This document shows positions 28,119 through 37,900 of a stretch of DNA of 64,000 bases, piece after piece. Numbering within the stretch: position 1 is the first letter of the stretch; every line of letters begins with the position of its first letter. A program made the position numbers and the translations under genes. The notes beneath the pieces were generated by a model. It worked only from the letters and a program-made list of their open reading frames with translations. It was not told the origin of the DNA and did no database searches. The stretch lies in the IMG/VR virus record IMGVR_UViG_3300017644_000080. One strand, written 5' to 3'. Origin of the DNA: a virus.

Positions 28119-28754
28119 CTAAACACCAGGCTGCGGATTTTGTTCGTAATAGAACCGAGTGATATCCGTCGCATAAAAAGAGTGCTTCTTCTCTTCCTTG
28201 GACGGAGGCGTGTCCAATTCCGGTAGCAAAACCTCAACAGCTGTTTCGACGTCTGGATATTCTGACGCCACAAAGCGATGGTTCCCGCGAAAGAAGGTGA
28301 CATGCCACCCAATCCCACCAACTGCGCCTTCTCGGGGCTTTTCCTCGGCATTATGATTGGCATGCAATGACTTCATGCGACCATCGACACGATTGACTGC
28401 CGCGAAGGTTCTCTTTGTCTGCCCAAAACCTTTAAATTCATGCCAGCAATGAAAGGTCCAGTCGCCCATCTCAAACGTCTTATCCTGATGGCGATGCCAA
28501 TCAACAAGCTCACTGACGGTATGAGATTTGGTCGTCCGCGAATATCCGCTGACGACAGCGGAATTCATCAATGGCACTTCCATTTGGAGAACAACGGATT
28601 CGCCAAACCAGCACTTCACTCCGCGACCATTCTCTCCGCGCCATACATCCCCAACATGAGTGCCATCCAGTTCTACGCGCCATCTAGCCCGTTCCAAGAA
28701 ACCATACACGATCTGGTTTGTATGTTCGATCTTAATTAGAACTGGCTCAGACAT
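28119..28754 (-). CDS. hypothetical protein (211 aa), His/Trp-rich
   Basis: Third gene of the DsbB-RNaseJ operon; 9-nt spacing from the upstream gene. Confidence 0.45.
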   Translation of the reverse strand: MSEPVLIKIEHTNQIVYGFLERARWRVELDGTHVGDVWRGENGRGVKCWFGESVVLQMEVPLMNSAVVSGYSRTTKSHTVSELVDWHRHQDKTFEMGDWTFHCWHEFKGFGQTKRTFAAVNRVDGRMKSLHANHNAEEKPREGAVGGIGWHVTFFRGNHRFVASEYPDVETAVEVLLPELDTPPSKEEKKHSFYATDITRFYYEQNPQPGV

Positions 28755-28763
28755 GACAATCTC

Positions 28764-29183
28764 CTAAACTGCAGCAGAAGGATTAGCGGCGTCGATAGCA
28801 GATTGAGCTTCCTTATATGCCTTCTGCCGCTCTCTATATAATCTCAACCAATCCTCGCCCCATTCCTCCTGCGCCGCCTTGATTGCATCTACACGCTCAC
28901 GCGCAGCAAGGGCTTCAGGCTTCCCCTTTTCGGTAATCTCCCAAAGCATGTCAGCCTTGGCACCCATGATTGAGAGGCCGAACTTCGTCGACCGCACCCA
29001 ACCGTTCCGACGAGCCTGTTTGAAAGCAGGCTTTAGATAGCTATCGTCTGGAGGGAAGCTGTTTTTGAACTCGCCGTCTGAACCCACAAACCAGGACATC
29101 ACCGTATCGAGATGCTTGGGATGTTTTGGAAAATAGCGTCCGACCATCTCTTCATTATGGTTCATGGGCTTCTTGCGAGCCAT
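28764..29183 (-). CDS. basic hypothetical protein (139 aa)
   Basis: Starts 8 nt after the RNase J-like stop; Lys/Arg-rich. Confidence 0.45.
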   Translation of the reverse strand: MARKKPMNHNEEMVGRYFPKHPKHLDTVMSWFVGSDGEFKNSFPPDDSYLKPAFKQARRNGWVRSTKFGLSIMGAKADMLWEITEKGKPEALAARERVDAIKAAQEEWGEDWLRLYRERQKAYKEAQSAIDAANPSAAV

Positions 29184-29191
29184 CGATCCTC

Positions 29192-30709
29192 CTAGGCCAC
29201 CATCGGTGACGGGGTTGCATCGAAGTGGTCATAAACCGCTTCCGGATTGTTGCTGTCCCAAGGCACGAAGATGCCTCGATCATATCCTGCCCGTTCGGCG
29301 ACGAGATCGACCTGCAGATGAGCAACCTTCTTGATGCCCTGCTGATTGATCGCAAACACAGTGCCTTCCTGCGGCAGGCTGACCTGCTCGACGCCATTGC
29401 TGAGCGCGATATCGGCATGGGCTTCCATGTGGCGATCTTCACCATGAACGGGGATCGCAAAGCGCGGACGAACGATCTCATACATGGCGGCGATCTCGTT
29501 CCCGACAGCGTGGCCAGTCACGTGAAGCGGGGAACCGCGATATTCCTTTTCAAGGATACGAACTTGCTTGGAGCGGAGCGTATCGAAGATGGAATAGAGA
29601 TCCTCTTCGTTGCCGGGGATGACGCGAGCCGAGTGAACGACGGTATCGGTATGATGCACAGCCGGAAGCCGGAAATTCTCACCAGCCGCATATTTGGCAA
29701 GAGCCGCATTCTGTTCGCCTTGCGCGCCCGTGCAGATCAAAACCATTTCACGACGATCCAAGCCTCGCAGATGCGATGGCTCCTTCAGGAAAGGCATGAC
29801 GCCATCCATCAGGCCAAGATCGCGTGCGATCTCTTCGTTGCGGCGCAGAGAACGACCAGCAAGTGCAACCTGGCGGCCTGTGGCGGCTGCTGCACGGCCG
29901 ATGGAAGCGACACGGGCAATGTTGGTAGCAAAGCAGCTCACGACACAGAGGCCCTGAGCCTTCTTGAATACCTTCGCCATGCCAGTGGCGACATCGCGCT
30001 CCGAAGTGACCGAACCCTGCCGATCAGCATTAGTGCTGTCGCAGATCATGGCGAGAACGCCTTCGTCACCCAGCGCCTGAAGCGCCTTCATGTTGGTCGG
30101 ACGACCAACAACTGGATGCGGATCGAATTTCCAGTCACCCGTATGGAAGACCTTGCCGACAGGCGTATCGAATACGAGGCCAACGCATTCCGGCACCGAG
30201 TGCGTCATGCGGATCGTATCGATATACATGTTGCCGACCCTCAGCCTGTTCCCAGGCTGGAACTGGCGCATCTTCACGCGGCCCAGCGTTCCGGCTTCAG
30301 CGAAACGACTCTGGAGAACCTTGGTAGCAAACGGGGTTGCGTAGATCGGGCATTTGATCGTTGGCCAAAGGCGATGAACGGCACCGATATGGTCTTCATG
30401 AGCATGCGTAACCACGAGACCAGAAAGCCTCGGCAGAACATCTTTCAGGGAATTCAAATCAGGGAAAATGGCGTCGACGCCATCAATGTCACGAGGAGCG
30501 AAAGCCGATCCTGCGTCTACAAGAACCCACTCGCCATCGTAGCCATAGAGGGTCCAGTTCATTCCGATCTGTCCAGTACCGCCTACGGTGCACACGAGAA
30601 TTGAATCTCGTCCTGGGATCGGAAGCTTCGTTGGTGAATCATTCGACTTCGGATTTAATAATTCGACTTTTAGCTGGGATTTACCCAAAACATCTTCTTT
30701 TTCTTTCAT
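29192..30709 (-). CDS. rnj: RNase J-family metallo-beta-lactamase / beta-CASP ribonuclease (~505 aa)
   Basis: VVTHAHEDHIGAV (HxHxDH metallo-beta-lactamase motif II); N-terminal VGGTGQIGMNWTLYGYDGEW resembles the RNase J start; start placed at the internal Met MKEKED (the ORF track extends to 30766). Confidence 0.75.
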   Translation of the reverse strand: MKEKEDVLGKSQLKVELLNPKSNDSPTKLPIPGRDSILVCTVGGTGQIGMNWTLYGYDGEWVLVDAGSAFAPRDIDGVDAIFPDLNSLKDVLPRLSGLVVTHAHEDHIGAVHRLWPTIKCPIYATPFATKVLQSRFAEAGTLGRVKMRQFQPGNRLRVGNMYIDTIRMTHSVPECVGLVFDTPVGKVFHTGDWKFDPHPVVGRPTNMKALQALGDEGVLAMICDSTNADRQGSVTSERDVATGMAKVFKKAQGLCVVSCFATNIARVASIGRAAAATGRQVALAGRSLRRNEEIARDLGLMDGVMPFLKEPSHLRGLDRREMVLICTGAQGEQNAALAKYAAGENFRLPAVHHTDTVVHSARVIPGNEEDLYSIFDTLRSKQVRILEKEYRGSPLHVTGHAVGNEIAAMYEIVRPRFAIPVHGEDRHMEAHADIALSNGVEQVSLPQEGTVFAINQQGIKKVAHLQVDLVAERAGYDRGIFVPWDSNNPEAVYDHFDATPSPMVA

Positions 30710-30813
30710 GCTCTTTCTTTTCCACTTAATTAATCCAAATGTCAATTCAGAGCACGCATGAAACAATAAAAATAAGAAAGCGGGCTATCGTTGTTGCATA
30801 GATGCCGCACTGG

Positions 30814-31338
30814 TTACCGCCACTTTGAGATTCGTTGACGCCAGATTTTCACCAGCGCCGTTGCCAGCAAAGCCATAACTGCCAAACAGACTAAGGCGTT
30901 CATACCCGATAGACTGAGGCCGAGAATACGAAACGCAGGCTCCGTGCATGAAACCATTTGCGTCTTCTGAATAGCCTGAAGCAAGTCAGCGGCATTAACT
31001 CCGGATTTCAAATTAAGAGAGCCGCATGCGGTCGGACCATCCCAGAATTTCCACTCGGCACCTGCATGGTAAGCCGAGATAGCAAGGCTGTACCCATAGA
31101 TTAGGAACGTGAAAGCGATCATCGGATACATTTTCCGATATGGCGCAGCACCCCAAGCCAGCGTCAGCAACAGTAATGGAATGCCAACATAATGCGAAAT
31201 CCGTCCCTTATAGCAGAGTTCACATGGTAGATAGCCGCCGATGTGTTCAAGCCCCAGTGCGATTCCAATCGCTGTGAATGAAATCAACAACGCAAGCGAA
31301 ACAAGACGATCTGGGGTTTTCAGCATTCTCATGTGCAT
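30814..31338 (-). CDS. DsbB-family disulfide oxidoreductase-like membrane protein (174 aa)
   Basis: Four TM helices, first periplasmic loop Cys pair CELCYKGR, second pair C...C (TACGS...VSCTE), as in DsbB. Confidence 0.65.
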   Translation of the reverse strand: MHMRMLKTPDRLVSLALLISFTAIGIALGLEHIGGYLPCELCYKGRISHYVGIPLLLLTLAWGAAPYRKMYPMIAFTFLIYGYSLAISAYHAGAEWKFWDGPTACGSLNLKSGVNAADLLQAIQKTQMVSCTEPAFRILGLSLSGMNALVCLAVMALLATALVKIWRQRISKWR

Positions 31339-31474
31339 TCCTATCTATATTTTTTACCCGTAAACCTTAAATCAGGAATGCCCCCGAGGAGAACCCACAA
31401 AATTATTTTCTTAAAAAATTATTGACAAACCCCTTTTTGCAAAGCCTTTAAGGCAGGTATTTTCGCAATAATGC

Positions 31475-32533
31475 GTGTTCAAATCCATAAAGGAGTTTTT
31501 TGTGATTAACCCATCAGCCTACGTCCTCAACCCCGCTTCCTCCGATCCCTTCGCGTTTGTATTCCAGATTTTCACGTCCATCATTATCGGCATTGTCGTT
31601 GCGATTCTTGTTCGATCCTGCTTCGTGATGGTCCGTGAAAAGACGTTCAAGACCACCGTTCTGTTTGGCGGCAGATATTTCCGCACTCTGAAGCCTGGTT
31701 TGCACCTGAAGCTCCCGTACCCGATTGAAATGGTCGACATGACCAAGCATACCGTCATTGCCGAGCTTCCAGTTGAAGTGAAGTCACTAACGAAGGATCG
31801 CGCCAATATCTCGCTCGGCGTGCGTGTCCAGTACGTCGCCAACGAAAACAAGGCCTACGAAGCGGCTTACATGCTGGAAAATCCCGAAGTCCAGATTCGC
31901 TCGTACATCGAAAATACCATGCGTGCGCAGATCACCACGATGAACGTTGAAGAGGTCTTCTCTTCGACCAATGAATTCGAGCGCAGCGTGCAGACCGAAC
32001 TGGAAACGCGTTTCCATGATTATGGCTACAACATCATCAACGTTCTGATCGACCAGCCTCAGCTGTCGAAGGAACTCACCGAAGCCTATCAGGCCAAGCT
32101 TGTGGCAGTTCAGCTTCAGGCAGCCGCTACGGCTGAAGGCGAAGCAACCCGCATCAAGATGGTCGCCAAGGCGAATGCCGAAGGTGAGAGCCTCGTCGTC
32201 AAGGCAGAGGCATTCAAGAAGTTCCGCCAGATTGTCGCCGAGGGCAACGCAACAGCCATCAACGCCTTCTTGAAAAATCTCCCTGACTCTTCAATCACAG
32301 GTAAGGACGTCATGAACTTTTTCGCAGGCATCGACGAGCGTGATGCTCTTCGAGATGTCGGCCAGCATGGTGGCCGTGTAGTCATGATCGCTGGTCAGAC
32401 GAACGGCAACCCGATTGCCACCACTACGGCGGCTGTTGAAGCTGCTCTCGAAAGCGGCACCGCAACCAGCGGCGCAGGCAAAAAGACCAAGAAGGTCGAG
32501 GACCTTATCGAAGCCCCTGCCGGAGGCAAGTAA
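31475..32533 (+). CDS. SPFH / band-7 domain membrane protein (352 aa)
   Basis: N-terminal TM (IFTSIIIGIVVAILV) followed by a typical SPFH core and an Ala/Glu-rich coiled-coil tail. Confidence 0.85.
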   Translation: MFKSIKEFFVINPSAYVLNPASSDPFAFVFQIFTSIIIGIVVAILVRSCFVMVREKTFKTTVLFGGRYFRTLKPGLHLKLPYPIEMVDMTKHTVIAELPVEVKSLTKDRANISLGVRVQYVANENKAYEAAYMLENPEVQIRSYIENTMRAQITTMNVEEVFSSTNEFERSVQTELETRFHDYGYNIINVLIDQPQLSKELTEAYQAKLVAVQLQAAATAEGEATRIKMVAKANAEGESLVVKAEAFKKFRQIVAEGNATAINAFLKNLPDSSITGKDVMNFFAGIDERDALRDVGQHGGRVVMIAGQTNGNPIATTTAAVEAALESGTATSGAGKKTKKVEDLIEAPAGGK

Positions 32534-32552
32534 GTCCGACAAGAGAGTAAAA

Positions 32553-32590
32553 AAAAGGCGCTGGATTTTCCTGCGCCTTTTTTTGTTTTC
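32553..32590. terminator. rho-independent terminator
   Basis: AAGGCGC ... GCGCCTT hairpin followed by TTTTTTTG right after the SPFH stop. Confidence 0.7.
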
Positions 32591-32741
32591 ATGCTCCACG
32601 GCAAAGAATGCCCGATAATTAATCCTCATTCCTTATTTTTGGCGAGACTTTTCCATTTAAATAAGTTAGACAATCTCACCTTTTAATTCGAATAAAGGTT
32701 TGTCGGAAGGAGCGGCCTCGTTTGCCGAGGCAATTTACGTC

Positions 32742-34874
32742 ATGGAAAAATCGAAGCGAGTTCTATTTCTAATGGAAAAATGGCAGGAGCGCGTGATGGA
32801 GCGTTCCAACGACGACCATTCCAGGACAGAAGATTTCAAAGGCGTTGAAAGCCTGGTTTCGTTCGACCCGACTCCTCGACATGAATATCTCGACTGGATT
32901 TGCCGAACCTATGTCGGCCAATCATTCCTGCTTGAAGATGCCAGCCGCGTCTTCGACACCCTCACCGTTTTTCATCGCTACAAACACCGCCTGCCTGTCG
33001 CGCAACGTGACATTGGCCTTCTCAAAAGCGAACAGGATCTATGGGAGCTTGTGGAGCGCTTCACTCCTCAGAATGGGGAGGAAGAACCAGCTGAAGGCAA
33101 GGAGCTGAAGCGACAGGAAAAGGCAAAGGCGCTGAGCGAAAGCGACATCCTCGAAAGCGAGGACCTCGATGGCTGGACGGTCGCTAGCCCGAAAACCCAT
33201 TTTGCAGCACGCTGGTGGTCCAAAGGCACCCGCTGGTGTACGGGCATGAAGAAGCCTGCCTATTTCAACAACTATGTGCGAAGTGGTCCTCTACGCGTCT
33301 TTATTTCGCCATCGGGCGAGAAGCTCCAGGCACATGTAGCTACACTCACATTCTGCGATGCGGCCGACCGCAGACTCTCAAATAACGCGTTCCTCGATCA
33401 AATCCCCGCGCCTGCGCTCAAAATGCTGCAGGATGACGCAATTCGATCCATGGACAAGCTAGGCATTTTTTCAAGAATTCCAGCTCCGCTACGGTCTGAA
33501 TCCATGATCGAAAAAGCCAAACAGGAAGGTTTTGATCAAGCCGTTACGCTTGCCGAAAACTCAGACGGCTACTTGCTGAAATATCTTCCGTCCATGCTAT
33601 CGATGTGGGCATTCGGTCTGATTTCTGAGAATGAATTCGGGCGCGGTGGACAGCGAGCAGACGTCATCCTGATGCGGGCCGAGACAGTGCTCGCCCATTA
33701 TTACGACTCTTCTAATGGAGCCACGCTGTGCGATCAGATCAAGAACACGACGGACGTAGATTTTATCCGCAAGTGCGCGTCCAGCATGCTTTGCCTATGG
33801 GAGAGAAATAATAATTTCCCGAATAAATTCGTCAATGTCATCGGCAAAGCTTTTGCAGACGAATATTTCGATCAGGCGACGTGGGACGCATACTTCGCCA
33901 AGGCGGCAAAAAAGCTTCGTAACAACAATGATCTCACCATTCCGGTTGCCGAGCGTTACATTTCGGACGAAATGGCCGACGCCTTGGCGAAATACAATCT
34001 TCTGACCATCCTGCCTCAATCAATGATCACTCCTGAGCGTGTCGATATCTTCGTTGCAGACACACCTGAGAACATCAGCCGCGTTGCTTATCACGGTCAC
34101 GAGCACATGATTTCCGATGAAGCAATCGCAACTGCAGCTAAATGGAAGAAGGGCAAAGGTCTTGCCTATGTCCCATACGAGCGCTTGTCCCAGGAATTGT
34201 TCCATAGCGTCGTCAAAGAACATCCGACAGCCATCTATCACGCTGACCAACGTCATTTGACGCATGAGCTAATCGACTACGTCGTCTCGATTGTGCCTAG
34301 CGCGATCATCAACATTCCAGAACGTTTTGTGACAGAAGAACTGGTTCTTAAGGCGATCTCCATCAACGGTAGTCTGTTCCAGCAGCTGAATCAGAAATGG
34401 AAAACTCAAGCCGTCACTGAATTAGCGTTGCGTGTCTCTCCAAATGTCTTCGTCAACACAGATTGCTATCTAACCTATGAGCAATTCAGAAACGGCGTTG
34501 CCATCGTTGGTAGCTCTCTCTCGCGGGTTCCGCTGATTTATAGAACCATCGAAATGTGCGAAGCCGCATTGCTCGCTCACGTCGCTGACGCAGTCGCTCA
34601 TGTGCCGCCACGCGTACTTGCCGCCATTAAAGAGCGGCGAGATAGCAACCCCGACAGCCCTTTAAAGACGCACACTTCCGGCTGGAACCGTCCGCTTTCC
34701 AAGCGTTATGCGCCGAATGATCCTATCCATTCATTCTTTCCAGATGACGACACCGTTTTACCTGAACGTCTCCAGAAGTTGATGCACGCTGACAAAGTGA
34801 CCGCTATCAGCACTGATCCTGACGGTCTGCTCGCGAGACAGCTTGTAGATGCTCCTATGACGATGGCCATGTAG
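32742..34874 (+). CDS. large twin protein A: conserved N-terminal domain + DUF4116-like C-terminal repeats (~710 aa)
   Basis: About 40% identical over the N-terminal ~250 aa to the next gene (RYKHRLPVAQRDIG..., DGWTVASPKTHFAARWWSKGTRWCTGMK...); the C-terminal region has repeated ~35-aa units; start set at the Met matching the paralog's N-terminus. Confidence 0.6.
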   Translation: MEKSKRVLFLMEKWQERVMERSNDDHSRTEDFKGVESLVSFDPTPRHEYLDWICRTYVGQSFLLEDASRVFDTLTVFHRYKHRLPVAQRDIGLLKSEQDLWELVERFTPQNGEEEPAEGKELKRQEKAKALSESDILESEDLDGWTVASPKTHFAARWWSKGTRWCTGMKKPAYFNNYVRSGPLRVFISPSGEKLQAHVATLTFCDAADRRLSNNAFLDQIPAPALKMLQDDAIRSMDKLGIFSRIPAPLRSESMIEKAKQEGFDQAVTLAENSDGYLLKYLPSMLSMWAFGLISENEFGRGGQRADVILMRAETVLAHYYDSSNGATLCDQIKNTTDVDFIRKCASSMLCLWERNNNFPNKFVNVIGKAFADEYFDQATWDAYFAKAAKKLRNNNDLTIPVAERYISDEMADALAKYNLLTILPQSMITPERVDIFVADTPENISRVAYHGHEHMISDEAIATAAKWKKGKGLAYVPYERLSQELFHSVVKEHPTAIYHADQRHLTHELIDYVVSIVPSAIINIPERFVTEELVLKAISINGSLFQQLNQKWKTQAVTELALRVSPNVFVNTDCYLTYEQFRNGVAIVGSSLSRVPLIYRTIEMCEAALLAHVADAVAHVPPRVLAAIKERRDSNPDSPLKTHTSGWNRPLSKRYAPNDPIHSFFPDDDTVLPERLQKLMHADKVTAISTDPDGLLARQLVDAPMTMAM

Positions 34875-34950
34875 CGTTGTCGTTTTCGGAAGGTTTGGAC
34901 GGCTGGTTCCATGCAGCGCCAAGTGGTCTCCTGACTGAAGGAGATTTCAT

Positions 34951-37215
34951 ATGGCAATTACACCGAGACTGCTCTTCCTCAAGAAAAAATGGGACGAGCG
35001 CCTAGTCGAAAGGCAGGCGAAGGATAGCTCGCATCCACAGGACGTCAATCCGATGGACTTCCTGATCGATATCGATCCAACGAAGAAGCGTGAATACACT
35101 GACTGGCTATGCCGCACATATGTCTCGGGTAATTTTCGCTACGAGGATCGTGACCGCGTAAAGGTCACACTCGAACTCTTCAATCGCTACAAACACCGCC
35201 TCCCAGTCGAACAGCGAGACATCGGCCGCATGAAGACGGAACAGGATGTCTGGGCCATCGTCGAGGGCTTTCTGCCGAAGGAAGACAATGAAGATTCAAC
35301 GCCTGGTGGACGCGAGAAGAAACGCCACGAGCGCGCAAAGGCAATGGCAGAGAGTGATCTCGTTGATAGTGAACTGAGCGACGGCTGGATTATCGCTTCG
35401 CCAAATACACACTTCGCTTCCCGATGGTGGGGCAGAGGTACGCGATGGTGCACCGCCATGAAAACACCCGAGCACTACGACGCCTATATGGAAACCAGCC
35501 CTCTACGCATATTCATCACACCTGAAGGCAAGAAGTTGCAGGCCCATATTTCTTCGATGACGATCTGTGATGATCGGGACGTCGCCTTGAACTTTTCCAT
35601 TATGGCGAAGACGCTGCCAGAAGCGGGGCTAGAACTCCTGAGACGAGATTTAGTTACGTGTTTCGAAAAGGCCGATATAAACCTTCTTGAAAATCCATCG
35701 GACACACCTGACGAAATACTGAACGAAGTCACTAAAAATGCCCTTCGTCAGAAATTGAAAACAATAGCAGATGTAGAAATGGCATCATCAAAGGACGGCT
35801 GGTCACTTAGAATGCTTGAGACAAAGTATTCCAAGTGGTTCCGTCATTTAAATGAAGGTGCAGACATACCACTGCAGAAGGGCACCGTTCGCCAAGACGG
35901 TAATATAATCTATCTCACAAAAAATGATAAAGTAACAAATGTGTTTCCTTTTCACAGCAGGGAACGGGACAAAGCAAGGACCGCCAAGCTCCTTGATGCA
36001 ATCGTTGCTACTAATGATCGAGAATTCATTGAGGCGTGCGCAGAAAACCTGATGGAAGCGTGGCTCGACAAAATGGTCGCATCAAATATTGTCAATCAGT
36101 TCATGGATAAATTTCCTGATGATTGCAAAAACGATAATTTCTGGCAGGCATACACGAAAGGGTTTGCAGCATACACCCGAAGTGCGGAGTTTGTATCACC
36201 TCCAGAAAAATACCTCACTGGAGAAGTTACGAAGCAAGTCGCAACATATAACCTGCCGAGAATTCCTCTCCATTTGATGTCCCGAGAAATCGTTGAAAAT
36301 GGTCTTTCAGGATCGGGAAGTGAAGGTAAAAGATTCGCAAAGGAGAACGATTTGTTCCGCTTCATGACGGAAAAGGAAATATTGAACTTTGCAACTCTCA
36401 CAAAAGGGGATGACGTCGAATATCTGCCAAATAAATACATAACGCCATTTTTTGCGGAAAGATTTGTCGAGCAGCGGCCAGCACATATTGGCCTGCTCGA
36501 TTTGGCTACGGAATACAAATCAACGGGCGTCAGCGTAATCACTGAGGATTTGTGTCTAAAAGCAATCGAACTATCTCAGGCGGCGATTAGCTCGATCCCA
36601 AGAAGGATGCTCACACCAGAAATGTGTCACCACGCCATTCAACATCACAGGTTCGCAATCAATGAAATCCCCGAGGTCATGCGGACGCCTGAGATGTACA
36701 TGGAAAGTATCGCAAAAGAGCCAGATACAATCTCTTATGTCCATAGCGATGCAATATTAATTCCGTATGATACGTTCTTGGCGGCGGTAACAAAAAGCTC
36801 AAGCCATCTTGGCATTGTCCCATTACCTTATCGTACAGTCGATATGTGCCAAGCAGCTTTATCTGAACTAAACGTGATAAATACAGACGTCTCGCACCCT
36901 GAAGCCATAGAAAACGTTAGAACTCAAAAAATTGAAGCCATCGCAAAGCACATTCCACCGAATGTCGCACGCCAGATTCCCGAAGTAAAAGCCATCATGG
37001 ATGCACGCCATTGGCAAGGCGATTTCTTGGCACGTAGTTACAGCAATGACCCATATATCCGAGAATTTGTACCTAGTGACGATATCCCCGATGCCCTTCC
37101 GCGCCTGTTTAAAGGTACGGCGAAAAAGGAATTTTCGAGCATGCCTGACAACGTCATCGAAATCATGGAAGAATTTGAGGCGATGCGTTTGAGTTCATCA
37201 CAAATGCATCCGTAG
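34951..37215 (+). CDS. large twin protein B, paralog of 32742-34874 (754 aa)
   Basis: RYKHRLPVEQRDIG, DGWIIASPNTHFASRWWGRGTRWCTAMK; C-terminal repeats of the form ...LTPEMCHHAIQHHRFAINEIPEVMRTPEMYMESIAKEPDTISYV... Confidence 0.6.
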   Translation: MAITPRLLFLKKKWDERLVERQAKDSSHPQDVNPMDFLIDIDPTKKREYTDWLCRTYVSGNFRYEDRDRVKVTLELFNRYKHRLPVEQRDIGRMKTEQDVWAIVEGFLPKEDNEDSTPGGREKKRHERAKAMAESDLVDSELSDGWIIASPNTHFASRWWGRGTRWCTAMKTPEHYDAYMETSPLRIFITPEGKKLQAHISSMTICDDRDVALNFSIMAKTLPEAGLELLRRDLVTCFEKADINLLENPSDTPDEILNEVTKNALRQKLKTIADVEMASSKDGWSLRMLETKYSKWFRHLNEGADIPLQKGTVRQDGNIIYLTKNDKVTNVFPFHSRERDKARTAKLLDAIVATNDREFIEACAENLMEAWLDKMVASNIVNQFMDKFPDDCKNDNFWQAYTKGFAAYTRSAEFVSPPEKYLTGEVTKQVATYNLPRIPLHLMSREIVENGLSGSGSEGKRFAKENDLFRFMTEKEILNFATLTKGDDVEYLPNKYITPFFAERFVEQRPAHIGLLDLATEYKSTGVSVITEDLCLKAIELSQAAISSIPRRMLTPEMCHHAIQHHRFAINEIPEVMRTPEMYMESIAKEPDTISYVHSDAILIPYDTFLAAVTKSSSHLGIVPLPYRTVDMCQAALSELNVINTDVSHPEAIENVRTQKIEAIAKHIPPNVARQIPEVKAIMDARHWQGDFLARSYSNDPYIREFVPSDDIPDALPRLFKGTAKKEFSSMPDNVIEIMEEFEAMRLSSSQMHP

Positions 37216-37267
37216 TTAAAGATAGATTGTCTTCTAAATAGCAAGCGACTATCAGATATCAAAAACG

Positions 37268-37300
37268 AAGAAGGCGGCTCAATGGCCGCCTTCATTATTT
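37268..37300. terminator. rho-independent terminator (bidirectional position)
   Basis: GAAGGCGGC-tcaatg-GCCGCCTTC hairpin followed by an A/T-rich run, between convergent genes. Confidence 0.6.
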
Positions 37301-37585
37301 CAGGACGCTCCAGAGACGTTGAAGAAGCCTCTCTGTCGTCGGACTCGGCCGCTTGTTGGTATCGACATTGAGCCACTCTCCTTCCCATCCTACGAACTGC
37401 TTCTGTATCCGCAATTTGCCGAATATATGCCATCCAGCAGTTTCGACCGTCATGACCATTTTCAGGCCGTAACGCTTATCGACCACATGATCCACAACCC
37501 GAACCTTCTGGCCGAAAGTTAGAAGACCGAGTTCAAGGCCGACCAGCGCTATCACCGCCAAAAACATGATTTCCCAAGCCGTCAT
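37295..37585 (-). CDS. small membrane protein (96 aa)
   Basis: N-terminal TM (IMFLAVIALVGLELGLL); last ORF downstream of the coiled-coil module. Confidence 0.35.
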   Translation of the reverse strand: MTAWEIMFLAVIALVGLELGLLTFGQKVRVVDHVVDKRYGLKMVMTVETAGWHIFGKLRIQKQFVGWEGEWLNVDTNKRPSPTTERLLQRLWSVLK

Positions 37586-37685
37586 CGAACGCTCTCCGTC
37601 ACGGCAGTGTGCGCCTTGGCGCGATACCGCAAAGAGGAAGCCTGCGAGGCCACCACAAACGCAGTCGTTTTCTCAACCAGATGCA

Positions 37686-37900
37686 TCAGAAACCACCTCC
37701 GGTCGATGAATCGTCGCCGCCAAAGCCACCACCAGAGGACCACGAGGACGAACCGCCGAAACCACCACCTGAAGAGTCCGACCCCCAAGAAGACGAGGAC
37801 GATGACGAACTGCTGGAGCTACTTGAGCTTGAACCACCCCAACTCGACGACGAACTGCCGCTCGAAGACGAGTAGTAGTCATCAGACGGACGATGCGAGC
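37686..37900. repeat. low-complexity GS-rich coding repeat
   Basis: Runs of (AGC/TCG/GGT)-type codons encoding Ser/Gly; generates a spurious Pro/Glu-rich antisense ORF (37609-37875). Confidence 0.6.

Noticed and set aside
37609-37875. Pro/Glu-rich ORF (PPKPPPE... EDEDDDELLELLE)
   Set aside because: It is the exact antisense of the Gly/Ser-rich tail of the coiled-coil gene 37686-39125, an artefact of the low-complexity codon repeat.
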